Assembly (NCBI GenBank): GCA_037444305.1
Contig: JBBIMP010000030.1
Location: 346-64,345 of the forward strand
Reading direction: 5' to 3'
Length of the DNA: 64,000 bases
Source: Acidobacteriota bacterium
GTDB taxonomy: Bacteria; Acidobacteriota; UBA6911
A program made the translations under genes and the position numbers. The notes beneath the pieces were generated by a model. The model worked only from the letters and a program-made list of their open reading frames with translations, had not been told where the DNA came from and searched no databases. Positions within the stretch are counted from its first letter, which is position 1. Every line of letters begins with the position of its first letter. Positions 39,335 to 47,755 of this stretch are shown piece by piece.

Positions 39335-39363
39335 AATCTAGCCGCCGGGTGCTGGTCTGTCAA
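39335..39363 (-). promoter_or_regulatory. Candidate sigma70-type promoter for the OMP-modABC cluster (TTGACA-17-TAGATT on the minus strand)
   Basis: The reverse complement of 39335-39363 reads ttgaca gaccagcacccggcggc tagatt, 14 nt upstream of the OMP ATG. Confidence 0.4.
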
Positions 39364-39573
39364 CGGCTATTCGGGAAGCGGGATTCCCCCACCAACCAAT
39401 AGGAGATGGGCATGACTGAGAGATCCGCAAGGGGATTGTGTTTCTGGTTGCGGCGCCTTGCCTGCGCCTCGTGCCTCGTCGGCTTCGCCGCCGGGGTGGC
39501 GCCCGCTCAAGGTTCCCAGTCGTGGCTCGAAGCCTGCCGAGCCGCCGCTATCCGGCCGGCCGGGTCTGCCATG

Positions 39574-40055
39574 CTATTCCAAGGGTGGCGAGTCGAGAAC
39601 CTCCCGCACCTTGAGCGTCAATTGATCCAGATCAAAAGGCTTCTTCAGGAACCGGCCGGGCGCCTCCGGCAGATTGCTTTTCGAAAAGTCGGCGTATCCC
39701 GACATGAAGAGAATCCTAAGGGCCGGCCGCATGCGGTGCACAGCATCAACTTGCCTCCGTCGGGCATGGCATCGCGGGCGTTGACCGCCAGGTTCATGAT
39801 GACCTGCTCGAGCCGGCCGCGGTCAGCCCAGACATGTTCCAGTCCGGGATCCAGGTCAAAGACGATTTCTATGTCCTCCCCGATCAACCGCTGCAGCATC
39901 CTCGCGATGTCCTGCACGACCTTGTTCATGTCGAGAACGGCGGGCTGCAGAACCTGTCGGCGACTGAAGGCAAGAAGCTGGGAAGTGAGCTTGGCAGCGC
40001 GGTCTGCCGCCGTGCGGATCTCCTGGAGATCGAACTTCGGCCCTGCGAAGCGCAT
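39574..40055 (-). pseudogene. Remnant of a hybrid histidine kinase: a post-H-box/N-box fragment joined out of frame to the last about 50 aa of a receiver domain
   Basis: The frame from 40055 reads ...LTSQLLAFSRRQ...LEQVIMNLAVNARDAMPDGGKL, which includes an N-box, and then degenerates. From 39732 in another frame it reads MRPALRILFMSGYADFSKSNLPEAPGRFLKKPFDLDQLTLKVREVLDSPPLE*, which is a receiver C-terminus. There is no H-box, no G1/G2 boxes and no receiver Asp region. Confidence 0.6.
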
Positions 40056-40090
40056 GGCCGAAAAGGGCAGCCATCGCCGCCGCGCTTTTC

Positions 40091-41536
40091 GTGACGGTGG
40101 CGGCCGCTACGCTGGGTGTCAAGCATCTGCAGGACCGAAGACGGGCGGCGCAGTATTTTACCGAGGCACGGGTGGCGGTGGAAGAGCATTACTCCGGCAG
40201 CAGCCTCAACGGCATGCGGCTGGATCTTCCGTTTCGCGTCGCCGGAGGCGTCCGCAGCACGCAGCCCGGCGAGGGCATGACTAGGGCGGAAATGCTCTTT
40301 CACCGGGCACTCACCCTCGACGAAGACATGCCCGAAGCGCGGCTGGGACTGGCGGCGGTCTATCTGCAGAGCGGCAGATTCGCGCAGGCCCGCGAGGAGT
40401 TCGGCAGGATCCTCGTTCGGCACGGCGGGCATCTGCAGGCGCTCATCGGGAGGGCGGCTGCATATTACGAGGAGGCGCTCTCGGAGCAGGATCCTTTGCG
40501 ACACCAGACGCTCCTTCATTCATCCCTCGCAGACTGTAACCGGGCCCTGCAGGCCGAGCCTCAATCCGCCGAGGCTCGGTACAACCGGATCTGGACGCTT
40601 TATGAACTGGGTCGACACCGGGAGGCGCTCGAAGAGAGCGAGCGCTACCTCGAACAGGATGCCACCTCCATCTGGTCGGCGCGCGTTCGGGAACTCCGGC
40701 GGCGGATGGCGCTTTCGGCCCCGGAGGCTTACAAGGAAGAGGTCCGGCGCGCCGCGGCAGCACGCGATCCGGCTTCGCTCATCACGCTGGTGCAGCTGGT
40801 CCCCGATGTGATCCCGGCGGCCATTCGCCATGCCCTGCAGGGCAGCCTGGATGCCGGCGAGGCATCCGGGCCGTCCGGGACCGGGGCGGACTATCGCTGG
40901 GCAGCGTCGACCATGGAGGGGGCGTATCGGGCGGCCACCGGCGACAATGCCTATGAAAGGCTCATCGACTACGTGGACAGGCTTACCCCCCGGCAGCGGG
41001 AAACCAAGCGCGAATTGGACAAACGCTTCCAGGAGCTGCTGGAACTCCACAGAAAGGGCGAGGCCGCCGCGGTGCCGGCCGCAACCGGCCCCGTTGCCGT
41101 TGCTTTCGAGCGGCTTTACGACTTTTGGCAGCTGGTCAACGTTCATCATCTCCGCGGCAACTGCCGCTTCTACCAGGCGGATTTTGCCGGGCACTCGGAA
41201 TCGATCCACGGAGCCCCTGCGCTCATCCTGCGCAGGGGCAGCGAAGCGCATCGTATGGAGAGCGGAGCGATCCAATCCTGGAATCTCGCGCGCAACCGGC
41301 TCGTGGTTCTGGCCGGCTGCGAAACGGGAACCGGCCCACTCGCCGCCGGGGAGAGTCCCTGGGGTCTGGCGCCCGCCTTCTTCAAGGCCGGCGTCCCGGC
41401 GCTGGTGCTTTCCCTGCTCCCGCTCGAGGAGGCGGCGCTCCGGCAGCATCTCGAGGATTGTCCTGCCTGTCTGGAGCGTCTCGCATCCTACCTGGAGCTC
41501 GTCGGCCGGCCCGCCGCCAGCCTGAAGGTTATGTAG
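40091..41536 (+). CDS. CHAT-domain (caspase-like protease) protein with TPR-like N-terminal repeats; the 5' end is probably truncated or displaced
   Basis: The C-terminus ...FAGHSESIHGAPALIL...LVVLAGCETGTG...GLAPAFFKAGVPALVLSLLP matches the CHAT His/Cys dyad context. N-terminal TPR-like helices are present. The N-terminus (MTVAAATLGVKHLQDRRRAAQYF...) is atypical, and the gene starts 36 nt from the kinase remnant. Confidence 0.55.
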   Translation: MTVAAATLGVKHLQDRRRAAQYFTEARVAVEEHYSGSSLNGMRLDLPFRVAGGVRSTQPGEGMTRAEMLFHRALTLDEDMPEARLGLAAVYLQSGRFAQAREEFGRILVRHGGHLQALIGRAAAYYEEALSEQDPLRHQTLLHSSLADCNRALQAEPQSAEARYNRIWTLYELGRHREALEESERYLEQDATSIWSARVRELRRRMALSAPEAYKEEVRRAAAARDPASLITLVQLVPDVIPAAIRHALQGSLDAGEASGPSGTGADYRWAASTMEGAYRAATGDNAYERLIDYVDRLTPRQRETKRELDKRFQELLELHRKGEAAAVPAATGPVAVAFERLYDFWQLVNVHHLRGNCRFYQADFAGHSESIHGAPALILRRGSEAHRMESGAIQSWNLARNRLVVLAGCETGTGPLAAGESPWGLAPAFFKAGVPALVLSLLPLEEAALRQHLEDCPACLERLASYLELVGRPAASLKVM

Positions 41537-41692
41537 CCTATTGAGGCGCCGGCGCCACGAGTGATTCCGGCCTCGCCCAGGGGGAGCGGGTCCGGAGAAG
41601 CCGGATGGGATGCGGGGGACCGATCCCATTCAGTCCTTATGGGTTCGCCGGCGCCATCAGGAATTCCGTCCCGGGCTCCTCGCCTGCCGGTT

Positions 41693-42481
41693 TTACTTCA
41701 GTTCCCTCACGTAGCAGGGATATTCCGTGCGGGCACGCTCCGCCCAGGAAGGATCCAGGTCGTGGAAGACGACGGGAGTACTCCTGGATGTTTGGGCTAC
41801 GAGATCCCCCTCGGGATCGACCACCCACCCGCACCCGCCGAACTGCTGTCCCCGGGAGTCGAGTCCGCCGCGGTTGGAGGAAACCGCGTAGCAGCCCGAG
41901 ACGATCGCGGCCATTTTCAATGCCGCCAGCCAGCGACCGAGCGAGCCGCGGCCCACGGCCCGCGGCACGGCGAGCAGGTGCGCGTGCTCCCGCCCGTACC
42001 TCCGCGCGTGCTCGTTGAACATGAGCTCCGTGCAGACGAGAAAGCCCGCGCCGATGCCGGCTGCCTGCACCACACGAAAGTGGCGCTCACCCGGTTGAAA
42101 CCACCGGGCCTCGTAGTAGCCCTCCTCGTCGGGAAAATACTGCTTGGTGTGAACCCCTGTCGCCCCTTCCTCCGGCGTCCAGACGAACGCCTCGTTTACC
42201 AGCCGTTCCTGCCGGCGGGCCGGCCGCGTTCCCAGGACGCAGCGGGCGCCGAGCTCGTGCAGCAGCGCTATCCCCCTATCGTGCAAAACGAGGGATTCCT
42301 CGATCTGTGCGGCATCCGGTTCCCGGCCCGCCGCGAGCCACCGGCCGAAGGGCATTTCGTTCAGCAGGAATAGATCCGGTCCACCCGCACGACTTCTCCC
42401 GGCCAGTGCCTGCCACTCCTCCGATCCCGGCAGCATTTCCGGGCTCGATTCACAGACGGCGATTCTCAGCAATCCGGACAT
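41693..42481 (-). CDS. Carbon-nitrogen hydrolase (nitrilase superfamily) protein
   Basis: The E-K-C triad context is present: LLNEMPF (Glu), VHTKQYF (Lys) and GFLVCTELMF (Cys). Confidence 0.8.
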   Translation of the reverse strand: MSGLLRIAVCESSPEMLPGSEEWQALAGRSRAGGPDLFLLNEMPFGRWLAAGREPDAAQIEESLVLHDRGIALLHELGARCVLGTRPARRQERLVNEAFVWTPEEGATGVHTKQYFPDEEGYYEARWFQPGERHFRVVQAAGIGAGFLVCTELMFNEHARRYGREHAHLLAVPRAVGRGSLGRWLAALKMAAIVSGCYAVSSNRGGLDSRGQQFGGCGWVVDPEGDLVAQTSRSTPVVFHDLDPSWAERARTEYPCYVRELK

Positions 42482-42494
42482 CCCCCTCTCCCGC

Positions 42495-43457
42495 TCAGTA
42501 GCCGAGGCTCAACCGCCCGCCGACGTCGAAGTTGCCGCCGCTCACAACCGCCACGACGCGTGTGCCGCCCGGCAGCGGCACTTTCCCCCGGAGCAGCGCC
42601 GCCACGGCTGCCGCGCCCGCCGGTTCCGCCAGCAGCTTGGCGCGCTCGAGGAGAAACCGGATCGCCTCCAACATCTCCGCGTCGCTGACGGTGACCAGAG
42701 CGTCCACATTCCGGTCGATGATCTCGAAGATGTCCGGATCGGTCCTCCGCGTGGCGAGCCCGTCGGCGATCGTCCGGACCTCATCTAGGTCCGTGCACGC
42801 TCCACTTCGCCGGCTCTGGTACATGTTCGCGGAGCCCTCGGGTTCCACTCCGACGATCCGGACCTCCGGCTTGTGCACTTTGAGCGCCATCGCCATTCCC
42901 GCCAGCAGACCGCCGCCCCCGATCGGCACGACGACGGCTTCCACTTCCGGGACATCTTCCAGGATTTCCAGGGCTACCGTCCCCTGCCCGGCCAGAATGT
43001 AGGGATCCTTGAAAGGGTGCACATAGACCAATCCCCTCTCAATCGCCAGTTCCTGGGAGCGGGTGAAGGCATCGTCCCACAGCCGGCCGAACTGTATAGC
43101 TTGCGCTCCGTATTCCTTTACGGCTGCGACCTTGCCCGGATTGGCTTTTTCCGGCATGACGACATAACCCGGGATCTTCTCGTGGGAGGCGACATAGGCC
43201 AGCGCCTGGCCGTGATTCCCCGCCGAGGCCGTGATCACGCCGCGGCGCGCCTCGGCCCGGGGAAGATGGCGTATCTTGTTGAACGCGCCGCGCGGCTTGA
43301 ACGAACCGGTCTTTTGCAGGTTTTCCGCCTTCAGATAGGCGCGGATCGCGCAGCGCTCGCTCAGCGACCGCGAGCTGAAAACCGGCGTCCGGTGCACGAG
43401 GCCGCCGATCGCCGTGCGGGCTTCATGGAAATCTCGTTGCGTCAGGTCATATTTCAT
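42495..43457 (-). CDS. PLP-dependent threonine/serine dehydratase (TdcB/IlvA catabolic type, no ACT domains)
   Basis: The PLP-lysine motif SFKPRGAFNK, plus ITASAGNHGQALAYVA and the glycine-rich loop VPIGGGGLLAG. Confidence 0.8.
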   Translation of the reverse strand: MKYDLTQRDFHEARTAIGGLVHRTPVFSSRSLSERCAIRAYLKAENLQKTGSFKPRGAFNKIRHLPRAEARRGVITASAGNHGQALAYVASHEKIPGYVVMPEKANPGKVAAVKEYGAQAIQFGRLWDDAFTRSQELAIERGLVYVHPFKDPYILAGQGTVALEILEDVPEVEAVVVPIGGGGLLAGMAMALKVHKPEVRIVGVEPEGSANMYQSRRSGACTDLDEVRTIADGLATRRTDPDIFEIIDRNVDALVTVSDAEMLEAIRFLLERAKLLAEPAGAAAVAALLRGKVPLPGGTRVVAVVSGGNFDVGGRLSLGY

Positions 43458-43678
43458 GCGTTCTTTCTGCCACAGCGGCCCGTGGAAATACAAATGCAAT
43501 TCCGTTGTATGGTCCCATGCCCTGAATTGCCGCCCCTGCATTTTTGCGGAAGCAAGGGGCACAGCCGGCCGATAAGCGGAAAACGGGCCCCGGCCGGAAG
43601 TGCGTTTCCCGGAAGCGGATGGAATTTTGGGAGCAAAACCACTATGCTGATCAAGCGGTTAACTTGCCCATAGAGAGG

Positions 43679-44305
43679 ATGAGGAAAGTGAAAAATATCT
43701 TGTGCGGCGTCCTGGTTTTTGTGTTGGCATCGGGCTTCTCCCTGCAGGCGCAGAATCCTCCGTCGGCGCCTCGGGCCCCTGCGCAGCCTGCGAAGGTGGA
43801 AAATCCACAGGCGGTACCCAAGGACTACGTGATAGGACTGGAGGATGGGCTCGCAATCGTCGTCTGGCGCGAACCGGAGTTGTCCGTCAAGGAGACCTTC
43901 GTGCGGCCTGATGGCAAAATAACGCTGCCGCTGATCAACGACATCCAGGCCAGCGGCCTGACCGCCGAGCAGCTGCAGGAGCAGATCGCCGAGAAGCTGA
44001 AGGAGTTCGTCGCCGCGCCGAACGTGACGGTCATAATCACCAGGATTTCAAGCCAGAAGGTATCCATCGTGGGCGAGATCTCCGCCCCCGGGATTTACAC
44101 GCTCGGCTCTCCCATGACCGTGCTCGAGCTGATCGCCAAGGCCGGCGGCCTGCGGGAATATGCCAATAAGAAGAAAATCAGGATTGTCCGCGAGGAGGGT
44201 GGCCGCACTCTCCAGTTCATGTTCAATTACAAGGATGTCGTCCAGGGGAAGAACCTGAAGCAGAACATCCCGTTGAAAAACGGCGACATCGTGATCGTGC
44301 CCTAG
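43679..44305 (+). CDS. wza: Polysaccharide export outer-membrane protein (Wza/GumB family; Poly_export + SLBB)
   Basis: DYVIGLEDGLAIVVW...DGKITLPLINDIQASGLTAEQLQEQI...VSIVGEI..PGIY matches the Wza family. An N-terminal signal peptide is present. Confidence 0.8.
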   Translation: MRKVKNILCGVLVFVLASGFSLQAQNPPSAPRAPAQPAKVENPQAVPKDYVIGLEDGLAIVVWREPELSVKETFVRPDGKITLPLINDIQASGLTAEQLQEQIAEKLKEFVAAPNVTVIITRISSQKVSIVGEISAPGIYTLGSPMTVLELIAKAGGLREYANKKKIRIVREEGGRTLQFMFNYKDVVQGKNLKQNIPLKNGDIVIVP

Positions 44306-44632
44306 CGGATCCCGAGAAGGATTGCCCGGGGGCGGCCGCCCTCATGCCTCTGCCTCTACTTCTGCGGAGCCCGTGGCGGAAGGACGACTGCCGGCGCTCC
44401 CTTGCCGGCAACGACCTTGTTGAAGGCGGGAAGGTCGGATTCCAGCACCCGGGTGGTGTAACTCTGCAGCACTTTCCCCCTTCGTCCAGAAGCGCGAGCG
44501 AGGCAGTGATTCTCATCATTTTCATATCTCCATCGAAAGGCTCGGTTCAAAAAGGAAGACCACTCTTTGCGGTAAACGGTGCGATCCACCCCAAAGACAC
44601 CAGGGCGCAAAGATCCGCAAAGAACGCACGGG

Positions 44633-45118
44633 CTATCGCGCCGGTTCGGGAATGTTCGTGTAGGCGAGGGCCGCTATTCTCCATGCGCCGCCCCGGCGCT
44701 GCAGGATGAAATGGTTCACGCCCATGGCGACCACACTTCCCTCCCTGGCGATGCGGAATGCGGCGCGCACGTGCGCGAGTTGGCCGCTCTCCACCGTGAC
44801 CACGGGTTCGATCAGCTCCTCCCGGAATGGCTTTGCATTCGGGTTGTTCTTCAGTTCCTCCATCCACTCGCCGGCCGTGTGGAGCGTGTGGGAGAAATCC
44901 GACGTCCCCTTGCGGCTCACAATGCGGACGGCACCCGGCAGGAACCGGCGGGCAGCCTGTTCCAGCCGAAGTTCGCCAAGATCCGCGAGAAAATCCTCAA
45001 CCGCAGATATGATTTCGGATCTCTCATCAGCCGCGAGACCAACGTCGGCAAATGAGGCGGACAGGACTGTAAGAAAACATAGCGCAATAATGGCGCGGGC
45101 TCCCGTCGTGCGTTTCAT
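44633..45118 (-). CDS. NTF2-like (SnoaL/DUF4440-type) secreted protein
   Basis: Signal peptide MKRTTGARAIIALCFLTVLSASFA. The about 130-aa body has an NTF2-like pattern (...AVEDFLADL...SGQLAHVRAAFRI...). Confidence 0.5.
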   Translation of the reverse strand: MKRTTGARAIIALCFLTVLSASFADVGLAADERSEIISAVEDFLADLGELRLEQAARRFLPGAVRIVSRKGTSDFSHTLHTAGEWMEELKNNPNAKPFREELIEPVVTVESGQLAHVRAAFRIAREGSVVAMGVNHFILQRRGGAWRIAALAYTNIPEPAR

Positions 45119-45491
45119 GTCGGCTTCCCCTGCTTTGATGGATGGAAATGTTCGTTAGTGTGCCCGAATTCTAGCATAGCACGGCGGCGCCGCAGCCGAG
45201 GAAAGCCGGATTTAAGGGGCGCGGTAGGCGGAACCGCGAACGCCAGTGAGCGGTCAGCTGCCCCGGTCGGGGGAAGCGACCCGTCGCTGCCGCTCCGGGC
45301 TCCGTGGGATTCCCACCGGCAAACATAACTCGCAGATATGGCAGCGTGGTGCCGTTGCCGTTTGAGCTTGCTTCATACGCGGGAGACATTTTGCGGATCA
45401 GCAAAACAGGGCCGTTCGGCGATTCCGGCTATATGAACATATGGCATTTGTCCAGTCTTCGGGACTACACTGGGACCGGGGAGTTCCGGAC

Positions 45492-46523
45492 ATGGAAGCA
45501 CCGGTCATCATCGGCCTGAACGCCGTCATCGTTGCCGTGACTCAGGAGATTCCGCGCATCCTGACGGTGAAGCGCGCCGAGCACATCCTCGCCGAAAATT
45601 CCGCCCGGACCCGGGGCGGCCGTACGGCCGTGCAAACCCCCGATGCGCTCCCATTCGGCCCGCTCGATCCCGCGGCCGATCGCACGCTCGAACTGGGGCT
45701 CAGGCGCTGGGTGCGCGAGCAGACCGGGATCGAGATCGGCTACGTGGAACAGCTCTACACCTTCGGGAACCGCCACCGCGACCCTCTGGAGCGAGAAGGG
45801 GGGCCGCGGGTCATATCGGTGGCCTACCTGGCGCTGGTGCAGGAGGGCAGGCTGGCGGGGACCGGGGATGCCGTCTGGCGCGACTGGTATCGCTTTCTCC
45901 CCTGGGAGGACTGGCGGCACGGGCGCCCCGAGGTGATCGACGGGATCATCGCACCGGCTCTGGGGCACTGGGTCCGGAAGGCGCCCGGCAAAGGCGCCGG
46001 AACCGAGAGGCGGGAAAGGAGCGACATCTGCTTCGGGCTCCGGGGCGCCCCGTGGGTCGCGGAAAGGGTGCTGGACCGCTTCGAGCTCATTTACGAGACC
46101 GGGATGGCCGAGGAAGCGCAAAGAGACAGGAGCGTCGCCGGGCACCGCGCGGCCGCCGCCGACGCCGCGCCGCCGAGACCGGCCCTCGGCCTGCCGATGG
46201 CGTTCGACCACCGCCGCATCATCGCCACCGCGCTTGGCCGCCTGCGCGGCAAACTCAAGTACCGGCCGGTGGTCTTCGAACTGCTCCCGGAGAGCTTCAC
46301 GCTCCTGCAGCTGCAGCGCGTCGTCGAGGCGCTGGCCGGCATGGAGCTGCACAAGCAGAACCTCCGCCGGCTCGTGGAAAAAGGGGGGCTGGTGGAGGGA
46401 ACGGGAAAGCTCGACGCGCACACCGGCGGCCGCCCCGCGGAGCTGTTCCGCTTCCGCCGGGAGGTCCTGCGGGAGCGCCCGGCTCCCGGAGTCGGACTCC
46501 CCGGCCTGAAGCACACCGGCTGA
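45492..46523 (+). CDS. nrtR: NrtR-like Nudix-related transcriptional regulator (Nudix-like ADP-ribose-sensing domain plus C-terminal winged helix)
   Basis: A degenerate Nudix box (RRWVREQTGIEIGYVEQL). A C-terminal wHTH-like region (FELLPESFTLLQLQRVVEALAG...). It is immediately upstream of nadA-nadC. Confidence 0.6.
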   Translation: MEAPVIIGLNAVIVAVTQEIPRILTVKRAEHILAENSARTRGGRTAVQTPDALPFGPLDPAADRTLELGLRRWVREQTGIEIGYVEQLYTFGNRHRDPLEREGGPRVISVAYLALVQEGRLAGTGDAVWRDWYRFLPWEDWRHGRPEVIDGIIAPALGHWVRKAPGKGAGTERRERSDICFGLRGAPWVAERVLDRFELIYETGMAEEAQRDRSVAGHRAAAADAAPPRPALGLPMAFDHRRIIATALGRLRGKLKYRPVVFELLPESFTLLQLQRVVEALAGMELHKQNLRRLVEKGGLVEGTGKLDAHTGGRPAELFRFRREVLRERPAPGVGLPGLKHTG

Positions 46524-46601
46524 GGCGCGCGGGCAGCCCTTCCGCCACCCCGGTTTCTCCCGGCACAGCCCGGCGGCCGCAAAACAAGTGGCACGCGGGC
46601 A

Positions 46602-46630
46602 TTGACAAGAGTTATGCTCATGCTTAGTAT
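46602..46630 (+). promoter_or_regulatory. Near-consensus sigma70-type promoter TTGACA-17-TAGTAT upstream of nadA
   Basis: ttgaca at 46602-46607, a 17-nt spacer, and tagtat at 46625-46630, inside an AT-rich island within GC-rich DNA. Confidence 0.5.
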
Positions 46631-46639
46631 AAGTGCTGT

Positions 46640-46667
46640 GGGTCCGGCGGGACCGGACCCGTTTTTT
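46640..46667 (+). promoter_or_regulatory. Terminator-like hairpin (gggtccgg-cggga-ccggaccc followed by g+TTTTTT) located between the promoter and the nadA start
   Basis: An 8-bp perfect GC-rich stem, a 5-nt loop and a T6 tract. It could terminate nrtR read-through or act as an attenuator in the nadA leader. Confidence 0.45.
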
Positions 46668-46675
46668 GAATCCCA

Positions 46676-46696
46676 ATATGCTCATAATGAGCATAT
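46676..46696. promoter_or_regulatory. Perfect 21-bp palindrome ATATGCTCAT-A-ATGAGCATAT, a candidate operator (NrtR box?)
   Basis: The two 10-nt arms are exact reverse complements around a central A. It lies 15 nt upstream of the nadA ATG at 46711. Confidence 0.5.
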
Positions 46697-46710
46697 ATAG
46701 GCGCGAAGGC

Positions 46711-47754
46711 ATGGGCACAAAGACGATCGAATTTCCGGCGGACCGGGACGCGCTGGAGTACACCCCCGAAGTCGAACACGGAACCGCCGCCATCTACGAG
46801 CGTGTCCGCCGCGTCATCCCCGAGATCGAGTGGCCGGCCCACGCCCCCTATGTCGCCGCGATCAACGAACTCAAAACGCGGATGAAGGCGGTGATCCTGG
46901 CGCACAACTACCAGACGCCCGAGATCTTCCACGGCGTGGCCGACCTGACGGGAGATTCTCTCGCCCTGGCGCGGGAAGCCGCCAGGACCGAGGCCGAGGT
47001 CATCGTCCTCTGCGGCGTCCACTTCATGGCCGAGACCGCGAAGTTGATGAATCCGGAAAAGACCGTCCTGATCCCCGACCTCGAGGCCGGCTGCTCGCTG
47101 GCCTCTTCGATCACGGCCGAGGACGTGCGCCTTCTGCGGGAGCGCTACCCCGGTGTGCCCGTCGTGACCTACGTGAACACCTCCGCCGACGTGAAGGCGG
47201 CCTCCGACATCTGCTGCACGTCGGCCAACGCGGTGGAGATCGTCGAGGCGCTCGGGTCCGACAGGGTCATCTTCCTGCCGGACGAGTATCTCGGGCGCTA
47301 TGTGGCCTCCCAGACCAGCGTCGAGGTCATCCTCTGGCAGGGACACTGCGAAGTCCACGAGCGCTTCTCGGCGGAAGACCTGCGTGCCTATCGCGAGCAG
47401 TACCGGGACCTCGTCATCCTCGCCCATCCCGAGTGCCCTCCGGACGTGCTGGCGGAAGCCGACTACATCGGCTCCACCTCGGGGATGATACGGCAGGTCG
47501 GCCTGACCAGGCCGAGCCGGGTCGTCATGGTCACCGAGTGTTCGATGAGCGACAACGTGGCGGCGGAATACCCATCGATCGAGTTCATCCGCCCCTGCGC
47601 CCTCTGCCCGCACATGAAACGCATCACCCTGCCCGGAATCCTGCGGTCGCTTCAGACCATGGAGTACGAGGTGACCGTGGATCCCGCCGTGGCCGAAAAG
47701 GCCCGCGAGGCCGTTCAGCGGATGCTCGACCTCGGATCTCGGCCTGCCAAATAA
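46711..47754 (+). CDS. nadA: Quinolinate synthase
   Basis: ...[15 protein letters not shown]...[11 protein letters not shown]...Cys ligands (CSLASS, ...HCEVHE, ...CALCPHMK). Typical NadA. 347 aa. Confidence 0.9.
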   Translation: MGTKTIEFPADRDALEYTPEVEHGTAAIYERVRRVIPEIEWPAHAPYVAAINELKTRMKAVILAHNYQTPEIFHGVADLTGDSLALAREAARTEAEVIVLCGVHFMAETAKLMNPEKTVLIPDLEAGCSLASSITAEDVRLLRERYPGVPVVTYVNTSADVKAASDICCTSANAVEIVEALGSDRVIFLPDEYLGRYVASQTSVEVILWQGHCEVHERFSAEDLRAYREQYRDLVILAHPECPPDVLAEADYIGSTSGMIRQVGLTRPSRVVMVTECSMSDNVAAEYPSIEFIRPCALCPHMKRITLPGILRSLQTMEYEVTVDPAVAEKAREAVQRMLDLGSRPAK

Positions 47755-47755
47755 C

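Noticed and set aside
39406-40284. 292-aa plus-strand ORF with a signal-peptide-like start (MGMTERSARGLCFWLRRLACASCLVGF…)
   Set aside because: After about 40 aa it becomes Ser/Arg-rich nonsense, and it runs antisense across the histidine-kinase/receiver remnant. The region is better explained as the mod-cluster promoter plus the pseudogene.
44306-44632. Possible tRNA or other ncRNA in the 327-nt wza/NTF2 gap, and in the 45119-45491 gap
   Set aside because: I looked for T-arm (GGTTCGAATCC-like) and anticodon-arm geometry and found no convincing cloverleaf. I cannot exclude an sRNA without covariance search tools.
46640-46667. The hairpin as a Rho-independent terminator of a minus-strand gene
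   Set aside because: There is no minus-strand gene upstream in that orientation (nadA and nrtR are both on the plus strand), and the T-tract is on the plus strand.
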